Shown: positions 1 to 13,554 of the stretch, in pieces
How the letters are laid out: the number at the start of each line of letters is the position of its first letter
Position numbering within the stretch: the first letter of the stretch is position 1
Assembly (NCBI RefSeq): GCF_002113885.1
Contig: NW_018403543.1
Location: forward strand, 1,168,145-1,232,144
Length of the DNA stretch: 64,000 nucleotides
Origin: Mizuhopecten yessoensis
Lineage: Eukaryota
Reading direction: 5' to 3'
Notes under the pieces: generated by a model
The model's input: the letters and a program-made list of their open reading frames with translations, nothing else
The model's database searches: none
Told to the model about the DNA's origin: nothing
Translations under genes and position numbers: made by a program

Positions 1-994
1 TACGTCAATGTGACAAGATGATATTGTCCGTTTTACTCCAAATGAAAGTGAAAATACGGTTATATAATTTTTAAATTATAATTATGATATTTATGTCATA
101 TTTACTGTACACAGCTCATGTGACAGAGAATTTACAATTATAACTCTGTTACCATTTGTAACTCTGTTACCCATCATATTCTATCACTTACGGGAAAGAC
201 TATTTATATAAAAAAAAATATAAACTTTTATTCGTCCTTTACAATAAATTACACAGTATCAATTACCTGTATCCATATACACTTAAAATAGACATATCTA
301 CATATATAAAACATAAAAACAGAGAAATGTGTTTTTGAAGTCCGGAAATCGAAGTTGAAAGAAGAGACAGAACAAGAATGGGAGGTGTTAATCAGGTCTA
401 ATGTCTATTTTTTTCTCCATTTGATCTCCTTTTCTGACTGTGATATTAAGAACAAGACCATACACATTTTCGGCACACAAATTCTAAGGAGCCACACAAA
501 CGAAAGGAAAGAGGCCAGAAATCCCCAACACAAAAGGGAAATGAAAGCACCAGCGATCTGAGACCGATAACAATTATAATTGGCAGACAATACAATCTCA
601 TAGATTATAAAGGGAAGAAAATGAATTTCAGAATTTTTGAATGCTGGAAAATGAAAAATCAGAGTGTATCAATGGTAGACAATAAATTTCCATATTGCAT
701 TAAAGGCAGACCATAAAATGTCATAGTCGGAATTCAGATCATGAGGTAACCGTACAATATCTTAAGCGTTGACTGGAGGTAGAAAATCATTTACTTAGTA
801 GTTCACAATGAAATGACAATAGGACGCATTTATCGAGAAATTCTAATAGTTAAAACGGACACTGAAGAAGTGAGCTAACAGTTACCTGTAATCATCATAA
901 AGGGAGGAGTCTCACATACTGACAGAAGGAAATCAAACGATTGTGAAGGTTATAGTTTTATGTTTTATTTCATTTTCGAGGCAAATACATGTGA

Positions 995-3900
995 TTAGCC
1001 AACAAGTTGAGTTGTTAGTTCATGAAGGTCATCCAGATCTGAAAAGATGAAATAATTATATTTGAACATCCAGGAGTGTTATTAATGTTTCACTCTACAG
1101 AGACAAAATATATAAAGTATGGATTACGAAAATATTTGTTTTAAGTCACGACCTTGCAATCAGCAGAACGAGAGCTGGAGAGGTTTGAAAACATATCTTG
1201 TGATATGTAAATATACATGATAATGACAATGGGTGTTTTTCCTCAATTTTGATCAGAATATTTCAGATGTTTTTTTACCCAACTAAGATTATTATTGTGA
1301 GTCACGAGATTACTTGTTCTATGAATTTAATTCATTTTGAGGTTCCTGATACTTACGAACACATGATTCGGCCACCATGATGTACATGTTGCAGCAGACG
1401 ATATGGCGATCAGGACAGTCCCCGGATCTCACATGTGTGTAGTATGCTGTCACGTAGAAAGTCTGTTGTCTGTAAGAATATTTTACGCAAACAAGTTGAA
1501 GTGCACACCTCTTTCAAGTATTGTACGCTATTTCAGTTAACGAAAATTCATTACAGATTGTTTACTACCATAATTTCAATACATTTCCTATGTTTTTGTT
1601 CTAAAACAGGAACAATGGATATGTTATATTTTATTCTATTTCAATTGTTTACGTAAGGTTACCCCAAGGTAAACTGTTTAAACTAGGGTCTAATTAAAGG
1701 TATGACATAATAAGTTGTATCCGACGTCGGGAGCCAATCCCACGCCTAACACGTTTAAAGGTCGTCAAATGCTTTAGATTGCATTTGCAGATCAGGGCAA
1801 ATATTAATTGTAATTTCGTTTTCCTGAAATGATGATGTCACATCAGAGATGGAAAGTAATTTCCTGAAGATGGTCGTTTGGCATGAAAGCGTTCACGATA
1901 ATTAACTATAATGGTACTGTTGATTTTGTATACAAGTATTCCTAAACCCTTAAATGCAAGGATAAATGCGAACTGAAAGTAAGAAAGAAAAATGTAACAG
2001 GTACTGAGATGACAACAAATCAGATGGAAAGAGAGGCTCGTCGCTTACACCATAAGCGAAGGGAACATTATTATTATATAAAAAAAGTATTTGTAATGAG
2101 TTTTATTGATCATATCAATATTATATACGTCTATATTGATGGGCTTATCGGATTCCAAATTGATATTTTAAACTGTAATAGAAAGGTAACAAAATGTATT
2201 TCGTTCCTCAAGATAAAGCTGACAAACTTGATTTTATCTAATGTATTTCATATATATCTTTTATCAATGTAATTAATTGATTACGCAAACCATTGATTGT
2301 GCGGGATTTAAAATGATTGACGATGCAAAAATATCATAACGCATCAGATATACAAAACAAATCACAATGTATCGATATAGATTACCTATGTGTATGAAGA
2401 CGTGATAGGATAATATCACGATAAACGTGCATGTAAAATCAGTCCGTATAGGGTTCTGTTCCATTTGGGCAAACATGACAATACCATACAGTATTGTATT
2501 TGCCTGTCGCGAGCTCATAAATCACATGACATCGTATCAACGACGATAAACACGTACAAAAGTACAAATATACATAATATTATCTCAGAAAAAAACTTAC
2601 ATGACATTATTTTCAAATCTATATTGACGTCTCACTGAAACGTGATATCTAGGGAAAAATATTATTAAAATATTACTGAATTGTAGTTTAAGGTATATTT
2701 CTGAATTCAGAAATGTTATCAATGTAACAATTGCATTGAGAACATTATGCAACGCAAACATAATTGTTGTACTGTAAAAACCTCGTTATACTGCCACCAT
2801 TTGTCAAGGGAGAGTTTCGCGATAACTTGAAGGACAAATATAAGGTAGTTCTTATAAACATAGAAACTTACTTCATCTGAATTGAGCAGTGTTCTGTACT
2901 TAGGAATCCACGTTTACCTGTTAAATTCATCTTTATTAGTGCAGTGTCCTGTATTGAGAAATCCACATTTACCTGTAAATATCTTCTGTATTAGAGCAGT
3001 GTCCTGTATTATGAAATCCACATTTACCTATAAATATCTTTTGTATTAGTGCAGTGTCCTGGATTGAGCAACACACATTTGACCTGTAAACTTCATCTGT
3101 ATTAAAACAGTGTCCTGTATTAAGAAATCCACATTAACCTATAAATGTCTTTTGTATTAATGCAGTGTCCTGTATTGAGAAATCCATATTTATCTGTAAA
3201 CTTCATCTATATTAGAGCAGTGTCCTGTATTAAGAATTCCACATTTACCTGTAAACTTCATATGTATGAGTGTGTCCTGTATTGGGAAGTCAACATTTAC
3301 CTGTGAACTTCATATGTATGAGTGTGTCCTGTATTGAGAAGACAACATTTACCTGTGAACTTCGTCTGTATTAAAGCAGTGTCCTGTATTATGAAATTCA
3401 CTTTTACCTATAAATATCTTTTGTATTAGTGCAGTGTCCTGTATTGAGAAATCCATATTTACCTGTAAACTTCATCTATATTCTATATCAGGACAGTGTC
3501 CTGTATTAAGAAATCAACATTTACCTGTAAACTTCATATGTATGAGTGTGTCCTGTATTGAGAAGTCAACATTTACCTGTGAACTTCGTCTGTATTAAAG
3601 CAGTGTCCTGTATTAAGAAATCCACATTTACCTATAAATATCTTTTGTATTAGTGCAGTGTCCTGCATTGAGAAATCCATATTTACCTGTAAACTTCATC
3701 TATATAAGGGCAATGTCCTGTATTAAGAAATCCACATTTACCTGTAAACTTCATATGTATGAGTGTGTCCAGTATTGAGAAGTCAACATTTACCTGTGAA
3801 CTTCATATGTATGAGTGTGTCCTGTATTGAGAAGTCAACATTTACCTGTGAACTTCGTCTGTATTAAAGCAGTGTCCTGTATTAAGAAATCCACATTTAC

Positions 3901-5003
3901 CTATAAATATCTTTTGTATTTGTGCAGTGTCCTGCATTGAGAAATCCATATTTACCTGTAAACTTCATCTATATTAGGGCAATGTCCTGTATTAAGAAAT
4001 CCACATTTACCTGTTAACTTCATATGTATGAGTGTGTCCTGTATTGAGAAGTCAACATTTACCTGTGAACTTCATATGTATGATAGTGTCCTGTTTTAAT
4101 AAATCCACATTCACATTTACCTGTAAACTTCGTCTGTATTGGTGCAATGACCTGTACTGAGCAATCCACATTTATGTGACGTAGCCACTGTGTCAACCAC
4201 AGCACGCACTCTTCGTACCCTCCTCGACTTAACCTCAATGATCACTGGCTTATTACGGCAGCAAAGGTGCTGTCTGTACAAATGAAAAAAGAAAAAGAAG
4301 GATAAACACCTAACACCGATCCATGAAGTATTTATGAAATACAAACTGGTTGTGTCTCATATACAATAGGTGTATGCTGCTGTGGATATTATAAATATTG
4401 ATGTGACATATATATATTTTTTAATTCATTTTTACATCTGCTTTCATCATTGTATTTATAGCCGTATGCATGATATGTAAAACGTTTCTTATGTATTTCA
4501 TGTTTGTCTTTTATTAATAGATAATTCAGCTTTATTTGTCAAGATTGAAAAGGAACGTCATCACAACAAATCATCAGCAATATATCAAATTATTAAGATA
4601 AATCATATAAAAAAGCATAAGGTTAACAAAATCTATGAAACTATATTAAATGTTCATCTATTAAACCTGTGTCGCAAGCTATTAAATCTTACAATTTGAA
4701 AAACAAATTAAAATTTACGCTGTCTAAATAGTGAAAAACAATTGATATTTTATGACAATGTTGACATACAACACATATAAAAGTGTTGTTATTGTTAGCT
4801 TACCCAGTAGGGATAGTACGGACTAGTTTCCTCACCGCGGCGGGAAGGTCATCAGGGTCGGCATGAGCTAATGCAGTGAGTTCGCTATCGAGGACAGTTT
4901 CTCTCCTCCCCAACTTCAAAAGTACATCATTATAGGTAGATCCACAGCTAGCCGTAGTAACACAAAGTAGGAGTGAGACAACCAGTGCCTTCATGATTGC
5001 CAT
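995..5003 (-). CDS. Secreted EMI-like (emilin-type Cys-rich) domain protein A, 4 exons, 169 aa
   Basis: Exons 5003-4804, 4273-4121, 1469-1357 and 1038-995 have GT-AG introns with matching phases (2,2,1). Protein: MAIMKALVVSLLLCVTTASCG...IPTGQHLCCRNKPV...HKCGLLSTGHCTNTDEVYRQQTFYVTAYYTHVRSGDCPDRHIVCCNMYIMVAESCVHLDDLHELTTQLVG*. It has a hydrophobic signal peptide, AATAAA about 30 nt after the stop, and the same exon structure as the paralog at 15815-18855. The EMI call rests on Cys spacing only. Confidence 0.85.
2865..4120 (-). repeat. 52/55-bp tandem array (about 22 units) made of the exon-2 3' end plus splice donor of EMI-like gene A
   Basis: The minus-strand unit TGTGGATTTCTCAATACAGGACACTGCTCTAATACAGATGAAGTTTACAG|GTAAA matches the exon end TGTGGATTGCTCAGTACAGGTCATTGCACCAATACAGACGAAGTTTACAG|GTAAA. 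Confidence 0.95.
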
Positions 5004-6629
5004 CTTTGACTGTTTATTCAGAAATAATCGACTGATAAGAGAATAAGGAACAGTCGTTTAAACAGATAGACATATACCACTATCCAATTCTGATGGAATT
5101 ATATATGTTATTGTGTGTACATGCATACTGTCTTAATAAGTTATCATGTTTTGATGCAATTATAAAATAAAATGTAAATTTCAATGTAATGTCACAAAAT
5201 CTGGAATTTTGTCTCATCAATTATTCTGATAATGAGATATATGTCATTGTTTTATCGATGAAAGACATTATAAACGATACCTATCAAAAAGAAATAATTA
5301 AGATTAAACCAATATTTAATAAAAGGTATGTTTTAAATATTTTACATATTTAAATCAATTACAAGGCACTTCATATCCCTTTGTCCTTACTTGCAATATA
5401 CAGAATCAACAAACGTAGTTTAAAAGCACGATTGTCTAAGTTATAACAAGACGTTTATTCATTGAGAAAAAACACATCTGTTTTCTTGTGATAGCACGTC
5501 CAATGACCTGTTTCCTGTATTAGAAAGACGAGAAGTTACCAAGTGTATGAGACAGCAACATTTGGCATCACCTGTTCGCCCGTATTTCACCGGATGCACG
5601 TGCAGATCAAATCCAAACATCTGTTTACTTACATCACCTTGAAAGCTGTGTGTGGGTCGATCAAGGTCAAATGACATCCTAGATCAAGGTTAGATCAGTT
5701 CAGTTTTAAAGATAACAAAAGGTCACTCAGTCGCTGTTGATATGGTCTTAACGTTTTGATATGGGTTCATAAAGTAATGCAATGGAATGACAAGGTGTAT
5801 GCGCAATGATTACAGAGGGTTACATTGCATTTTTACCTAATATATAGTTCTGCAGTGAGAATATCAATCTTTGAAATGATATGCTCAAAACAGTTAATGG
5901 GCAATATATTTTAAAACAACATATACCTTCTCTTCTAAAGAAAAACCTTTTAACTAGGAATAAATTCAAGTATTTTGGGAAGTTCACCTAATTATAAAGG
6001 TAAATTAAGTAAAATTCGATAAACATCAATGACGATAAGAGATATATATTAATCATTGGAGGTAAAAGGCGACTCCTGTGGTAGTATGTCAGATGTGGAT
6101 TTTTCATTATTTCACTTATAAGACATGTTTTTTGGTTTTTTATTACAATTAAAATGACAATTTTGTTATAATAAACACGCAGGAAAACTACAGATACATT
6201 TTTACACACTAGCTCTGTGTAAAAATGCTATAATTTAAGTTGAATTACATTATTTTTTTTTGTCGTAGCGATATAAGGCAAAATAAATAATTGTGGGAGA
6301 ATGCTAATTACAAAATTATCTTAGAAAGACTCTGCATTGCAGATAGAAATAGTTTAATGAAAATCGTATTTTATGTATTGTTCTTAATAAAATATTTGAA
6401 CAGTTTGGGGACGAGTTGACTGATACTTTAATATTGCCTTTAAGCCAGTCTTCAACCCAAAATACCTTAACATATTCACCGCTAAATCAAAAGCTAATAC
6501 AATGTACCAACATTCAGTATCCGAATTTTCAATTTCCTGCAGAAGTTTACCATTTCAATAGTATAGCTGAATTCAACATACACAAGTGCATTGCCCGAAG
6601 AACACAAACCCTCCTTTTGGTAGTGCATT

Positions 6630-7255
6630 TCGAGTTCGGGGATCGAGAAAATAATTCACCTGCTGTTACCCCTTACATGTATCGAAAGAGGCGACTAATG
6701 TGGAACCACCCTTCAGAATTGGGGATTTGCTTTTGTGCCCTCTACTTGGGGACACTAAAGCGACCGCAATAAATCTGCTGCACTTATTGCAACATTTGGG
6801 ATCTTTATCTTTCTTTCTACTGCTAATTACTTTTTATTTCCTAGCGCCTAGCTTGGCAATACCTCACTTCTGGCTTTAATGTTGAGCGTTCGCCCAGGTG
6901 AGGAAGGCAATGGGTTCTATCCCCAGGCCGAGACATACCAAAGTCTTTAAAATGGTAGTTGTTATTCCCTGATTAACGTTCAGCATTGAGGGTAATGGAA
7001 CCAACTGGTTCACCCGTTATCAGTATAATGTGACCGGGCGGAATGCTGTGCTAGGTGCCTTCGGCATTGTGTTTCAGTGAGATATCACTATAAAGTCGGT
7101 ATCAGATCCGCGCTATTTCAAGGAGGCAAGTCCACCAACATACCCTGTCTCCAGCATACATACACACTTGCACGCTTTTACAACACACTTGGAGGCACGT
7201 CCTTAAATGGACGTATATGTTAATGGGAAGTTAGACAAAATAAAACCAGCCCAAA
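6630..7255 (+). mobile_element. SINE-like element with Meta-domain-like core (copy 1)
   Basis: Colinear with 28095-28710. Contains ACCAAAGTCTTTAAAATGGTAGTTGTTATTCCCTG...TCAGCATT (MetaSINE-like) and a GTATCGAAAGAGGCGACTAA motif, and ends in an A-rich tail. Confidence 0.75.
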
Positions 7256-7260
7256 CACAG

Positions 7261-8010
7261 CTATACACTGATGGTTCTAAAGATGGCAACAACAAAAAAG
7301 AAAGAAAAAAAGCAGCCTGATTCTCTGCTTACCATTCCCGCTCGATTCAATTACCAGACGTTATCTCTATTTTCTCCAGGAAACGTGTGTCTTCGGTTTT
7401 ACCCTTGACTATATCGATGAACACCGCATTACAATCATCTGTTCAGACTCTCCATTGGTCCTTAAACATCTGATGTTACCAGATCCCCCAAAAAACCTCT
7501 CATACCAAAATCTAATTATCCGCAAATCTTGTATCTCAAAGAAATGCAATATCTCTTCTATGGATTTCGAGCCACGTCGGCTAAAATGCATTCAACTCCC
7601 AGCAAACCATTATCAAACTGTCATTTACAACCTGTACACCCCTTATATGTTCGGCCATTAACAGTGAATGACAGCAACGAAGGTCTCTCGAGACCAACAC
7701 ATTTGTTTTTAAAGTGCAATCAAAACTTAAACCTTGTCTGCCAAGTCGGAGAGACCACAGATAGGTAGTTGTCCTCTCTCGGCTCCGTACCGGTCAAACT
7801 TTGGGGAGATCCACCTTCATGCCACACATATGACTTCTCATTTACAGTGGAGCACATTTTAATAGAATGGTAAGATTTTAGATACATTCGTGATTAATAC
7901 TTCAACGTCAAGATCATGAAAACCCTTTCCACTTCCACAGACTTCAACTATATAAAAGACATTGGTCTGCTTTATAAACTTTGATTTTATTGACCTACAT
8001 CACACTTTTT
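7261..8010 (+). mobile_element. Degenerate 3' fragment of an RNase H-bearing LINE (I/Nimb-like)
   Basis: Starts with the RNase H motif LYTDGSKDGN, later FTVEHILIE (CCHC remnant) and ...YIKDIGLLYKL*. Many frameshifts. Confidence 0.6.
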
Positions 8011-8433
8011 TTACGGCATTTATGCATCATCTTTTCCCATTTCAATCTTTACACGGATTTTTTATAATAAATGTTGATATTATACCCTCTTGCACTACTT
8101 ATTATTCTTAAGCCTACCTTGCTGTTGATTCTATGAGATATACCAAGTTTGATAAGATTTTACTTTTGATTTCTTGCCTAAATGACCATAGTTGTCGATG
8201 GGCAGTAAAACTCATCGAATAAACAAACAAAAATCCAACCATGACATTTTAATGTCTACCATGATGTCTGTTTAAATGATAACTTGATATTTAATATATT
8301 AAATTAAAGTTTATATACCACGATGTAGCCAGCTCCTCTTTTGTTTTAGCTGTTATAATCATATAAGTTGTTTTGCAAAGTTTATATCCAACTCATGACA
8401 TTTCCCTATTCAGTCATGATCATTGCATGGGCT

Positions 8434-9283
8434 GTATGGTTATATATGTTAATGAAGGTATGGTAATTAATAGATGAGAAATTGACCAATCACAGAGCAG
8501 TATATTGTCCCCTATAGGGGTCTCTTAAATGGGTAGCAGCCCCCTTCACCTGGGGAGGCTGCAGTGAAACACAGTGGTTTATGTGTACCCACCCACCATC
8601 CCCAGCTACATGCCAAGTTTCATATATGCATATAAGTTCTGCCAATTGTAATGTAGTACTTATCTTTTGTTGTTTCCCTGTATTTAGCAGCTGTTCCTTT
8701 TCTCAAGATTGTATCTTTGTGCAATGTCATTTTTACAAGTACCATGTATACTTGCCTGTGCAGGTATTATTGCTCTCTTTTAGGTTTGGGCTACTCACTT
8801 CAGGTAGGTTATTATATTTCTTCGCTTCAGTTCTAATCTGGCTTTAAATTCTAGGGGAATTCACCCCCAATCTCAACATAGTTTTATATTAGTGTGGGGA
8901 TGCGGCTTCTCTTGTAAAACAGGAGTCTAGCTGCTCTCATCATGGCTTCTCTAGGGGTGTTCACAACCAGAGCCTAGTCGCTTCTCTGGAGACATGTTCA
9001 GAGTCTAGCTGCACACTTCTCTGGGCTGTGTAGGTGCTTCTCTGAAGACAATTTCAGAGTCTAGCTGCTTCTCTCAATACCCCCGTAGCCTAGCTTGTTC
9101 AAAAAATAGTAGCATAAATATATGGTAGTAAAATTGTTGGAGTGAGTAGCCCCTGATGCGCCAAATGTATTACTGTATGTAAATATGTTGCTTACAAGAG
9201 TAATAAACAGGTTAACTGTTTCCTGTGTGTTAGTTGTATATAAACCTATTTATTAGGTCTCAGGTAGTTAGTGAACTGTACGA
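8434..9283 (+). mobile_element. Possible solo LTR
   Basis: Imperfect inverted ends TGTATGGTT...AACTGTAC, internal CCAAT and AATAAA, short internal repeats (GTCTAGCTGCTTCTCT). No target-site duplication found. Confidence 0.25.
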
Positions 9284-11019
9284 TTTCGTAGATTAGACAA
9301 GAGAATGGGCGCTACGTTTGGTCAAGAAACGCTACCCATTCCGGAACACTTTGTTCATATATAATACATTGAGTTTCCTTTTCGTTTGATGTCTCCTCGA
9401 TCCTGTTTGTTCCTGTTTTGTATCACTTTCGAATTTAGATTTCTTCCTTGTTTTTTTTAAAGATGTTGCATTTTGGTATGTTTCTTAAAGTTTATACTTT
9501 TAATTCAACAAGGGAAATAGATTACTGATCAAATAGTTGCAATTGATAATATTTGTGCAGTGTATGCAATACAGTACTCTCAGTGTGCATCGTAAACGGT
9601 TTGCTATTTTCTGTCTATATATCTCGTATATAAATATAAATGATTTGTTGAACTGATATACTAATACCGGAAGACAAATAAGACCTAACTTGGTTTTAGA
9701 TGCTTTGACCATTGCTCCCCCCCCTCCCATCAAACAGCTTCAAGTGTAACCCCCTATTGACATTAAAAAAATCAGCCACGCGAAATAACATATTGTCCGT
9801 TTAAACAACCTATGATACTTAAAGTAACAAATAGAAAGACACCTGTACTTTTCTTGTACTATGCTTGTTTACGTGACATTATAATGCGTTTATGTCGGAG
9901 GAAAAACAGAAGATCCACTGCTAATACTATAGTATCATACATGAGCATACATTAGCTCAAACAACATTAAACGTTATGATAGTAACAATGTATTGTTTAC
10001 ATCTCCTTCCGGTTTTAGTAGGACGGAAATGAGATCATGTTTTTCATTTCAAATATATTTTATTGATTAAACAAAATGATTGAGCAACAGGCTTTGCCTA
10101 TATAAGCTCTCTCCATGGCTTTCAGCATACTTTTGATAGTTGAAGACATTGAAAACAATATTTACATACATACATTATATTTCAACTCATCTCATGACAC
10201 TTGGGTACATTTATTGCGAGGTAATATACAATAATTAGGCTGGATTAATATATTCATGTTTCTACAAAATTACATTATTTAATGTGATACATGGACTTAA
10301 GATAAAAAAAAAATTACAAACTTTGCGATATTGATATTTAATATAGTTGTAAAATTTGTGTCAAGACGTATTAAATATACCGTTATGGATATATACCGTT
10401 ATGGATATACATTTTATTCCAAATCGAATTAAATATATGGATATACGTCTTGACCTTGAGCCACTAAAACGGCAACAGGAAATAAAGCAAACTTGAACAA
10501 TATATATATGCTGATAAAGAAATGTACCAGGACTTATTTGAAGTATATATGTCTTGATATGAGTTGGAAAATTAAATAGAAATGAGATAATGTGTATTAC
10601 GTTAGTCTTGTACAATCAGACGATTGATCATGCCGTAATTTAATTATCTGTTGGATGTAACTTGAGCATACAACAAGAGTCTGGTTGAACGAAACTAGTT
10701 TTACATATAAGATATTGACTTTGTTAGTACATTACAATTAGCCTATTCTGTTTTGTGTATAAATGAAAACTGATTGAAACCCTTCCATATTAAGACAATT
10801 AGATTAATAATTCCAACATTGTTTACAAACAGGGACAGAATAGAGGAGACACAGAAACAAAACAACAAGAAGAGATGAGGCACTAGAACAAAACAGTCAT
10901 AACTCAGAGACGCTATAACAAACTGACTAGACCGGAAGAGACACCAAAGTAATCAGATCTTAGGAGACAGAGACACGAAAATGAAAAAATCAGTACTGAG
11001 GAGACATCGAAACAAAAGG

Positions 11020-12550
11020 AAAATTGTTTATAAACCACTACAGAGGTACAGTAGGTGTTCCAGACCAAAGTCCCCCAAACTGCTGCCTCCATTGTCGCAA
11101 AGATACATCAGAAAAGGATCACAATGGCATAAAACACCTTCATACTAAATTCGAGTGAAATCGAACAATATCTGAATTTCGATCAATACGAATCCTCCAT
11201 GTTGTTGGTATGGCAACGAAACCTATGCAGTTGGATTTGCAGTCTCCTAATACCCCTTTATACCAATTTTTATAAAAATCAAACAATATATAAATTTCGA
11301 CCAATCAGAAGTCTCCGTGTGGTTGGTATATAGTTACTATGGCAACGAAACCTATGCGGTTTAAGTTGCAGTCCCCTAATACCCCTATATACCAATTTTC
11401 ATAAAAATCAAACAATATATAAATTTCGACCAATCAGAAGTCTCCGTGTGGTTGCTATATAGTTACTATGGCAACGAAACCTATGCAGTTTAAGTTGCAG
11501 TCCCCTAATACGCCTATATACTAATTTTCATAAAAATCAAACAATAACTAAATTTCTACCAATCAGAAGCGTCCGTAAGGTTGCTATGAGGTTGCTGTGG
11601 TAACGAAACTTATGCGGTTAAATTCGCAGTCCCCTAATACTCCTTTATACCAGTTTTTATCAAAATCGAACAATATCTACCCCATAGACGCAAAGATGCA
11701 TCAGAAAATTATCGCAATTAATGCCTTTATACACCTACAGACTAAATTTGAGTTAAATCGAACAATTTCTAAATTGCGACTAATTAGGACCTCTGTGTGG
11801 TTGCTATTGCAACGAAGGTATGCGATTGAATTTGCAGTCCTTTAATACCTCTATATATTGATTGTCATCGAAATCGAACACTATCTAAATTTCGACCAAT
11901 CAGAATCCTCCGTGTGGTTGATATGGCAACGTGTCCTATGCGATTGAATTCGCAATCCCCTAATACCCCTGTAAACCATTTTTCACAAACATCGAACAAT
12001 ATCTAAATTTCGACCAATCAGAACACAGTATATGGTGGCCATTTTGTCAAATTAGAAAACAAATGTCGCAGTTGAGTTTGCAATGTCATATTACACATAC
12101 ATACTAAATTTGAACGAAATTGAACAATAACGGAGTTTCGACCAATCAGTAATCAGTATATGGCAGCCATTTCGTCTAATTAGAAAACGGATGTCATGGT
12201 TGAGTTCGCGGTACCATCATACACCTACACGCCAAATTTGGAATGCATTAGAAAATATCTATAAAACATGTAAAATAGGATAGGTGACATTGGCTATCTT
12301 TAGCGAACACCTTTAGAAATTTTAAATTCCCAAAAATTTTAAAAATTCATGGCGGCCATCTTTTAAGGTATTCGGAAAAACAAAAAAGGGTTTGCACATC
12401 TAGAGGCTATTTGGTAATAATCCCTCAAAGTTTGGTGAAAATCCGACTTACAGTTTCTGAGAAAAGTGTCGGAAACCTTAACGGCCGAAAGCGGAAGAAG
12501 AAGAAAGAAATAATTATCAGAACCGGAATAAAAACAATAAGTCCCCATAC
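11020..12550 (+). mobile_element. Helitron/Helentron-associated non-autonomous element with internal ~115-130-bp tandem subunits
   Basis: Repeated CGACCAATCAGAA...TATGGCAACGA...CCCCTAATACCCC...AAAAATCGAACAAT units. Ends in a GAAGAAGAAG microsatellite then AACAATAAGTCCCC, a layout typical of bivalve HINE-type elements. Confidence 0.6.
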
Positions 12551-13454
12551 CAGTTGTCTCAGGATATATAAACTCAATATATGTTCTTCACAATTACACC
12601 AATAATGTCTTAATAAATTATTTTCGCTAAATCGTTCTCAGATTTGAAAATGAATGAATGAACAGCTCGAGGCGTTTCTCCTTTACACAGAAGATGGACT
12701 TTCTTGTTGACAGATGGAAACATGACAATACCTCATCACATTGACACACAAAAACGTTAAAATAATAAATTTAGTTATTGGAATGTATATACCACAAGGC
12801 GATACACTTTCGCCCTCTGTATTTTTCATTTTTTCAAATGTCATTTAAACCATTTGCAATAGAAGATGCAATTTTAGTTCATCAGGGAACATCATAAGAC
12901 TGATAAGTACAATACGACAGAATTAAAAGTATACTAACATTGCACAATCATTTTGATTCACTTTCAGATCGTACGTACAAAAGCTGTCATGTAGTTTTTC
13001 GCCTGTTGGTTGGCTCTTTAGCATACATATTTATAACTGAATTGTGTCATAACATTATCTACTCCGCCGCCCGCGTATATGCATTTAATTGTTCAAACTC
13101 CTGATTTTAGTGCTTATACTTGTCAATGTGATGTACCGAAACAAGACTGTTAGAGAAACACACGACACAGATGCATCAAATAAACTAGGCTATAATTGGG
13201 TTATTATTATTCTCTTTATTTCCTCNAAACAAGACTGTTAGAGAAAAACACGACACAGATGCATCAAATAAACTAGGCTATAATTGGGTTATCAAATGTG
13301 GATTTTTTTTTAAAGAAAATCCGATTATATTGAATTTTGCAGCAGTGACCTGCTTTCTGTAATGATTGTTGCATAAAGCATTTTATCTAATTGATATAAC
13401 TTTAAAAGATGTGGATTAATTAGGTTGCCTTACAAGCGTCAGCTGTAGGGAATT

Positions 13455-13527
13455 TCCCTTTAGCTCATCGGTAGAGCATCGGGCTGGAGAGCCAAGGGTC
13501 GCGAGTTCGAGCCCCAGCTACGGCACT
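13455..13527 (+). pseudogene. tRNA-like sequence (pseudo-tRNA or SINE head)
   Basis: A-box TAGCTCATCGGTAGAGC and B-box GAGTTCGAGCC are present, but acceptor and anticodon stems pair poorly. Confidence 0.6.
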
Positions 13528-13554
13528 ATCTTTATCACTATTCATCGTTCTATT

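Noticed and set aside
200-800. Short ORFs 355-561 and 405-590
   Set aside because: No splice or domain support; possibly a decayed LINE 3' end but too eroded to call.
2865-4120. CRISPR-like appearance of regular repeats (also 13555-14935 and 46080-50305)
   Set aside because: No unique spacers, no cas genes, and the context is eukaryotic.
13138-13292. ~65-bp direct duplication around a single N
   Set aside because: Typical scaffold-join overlap artefact.
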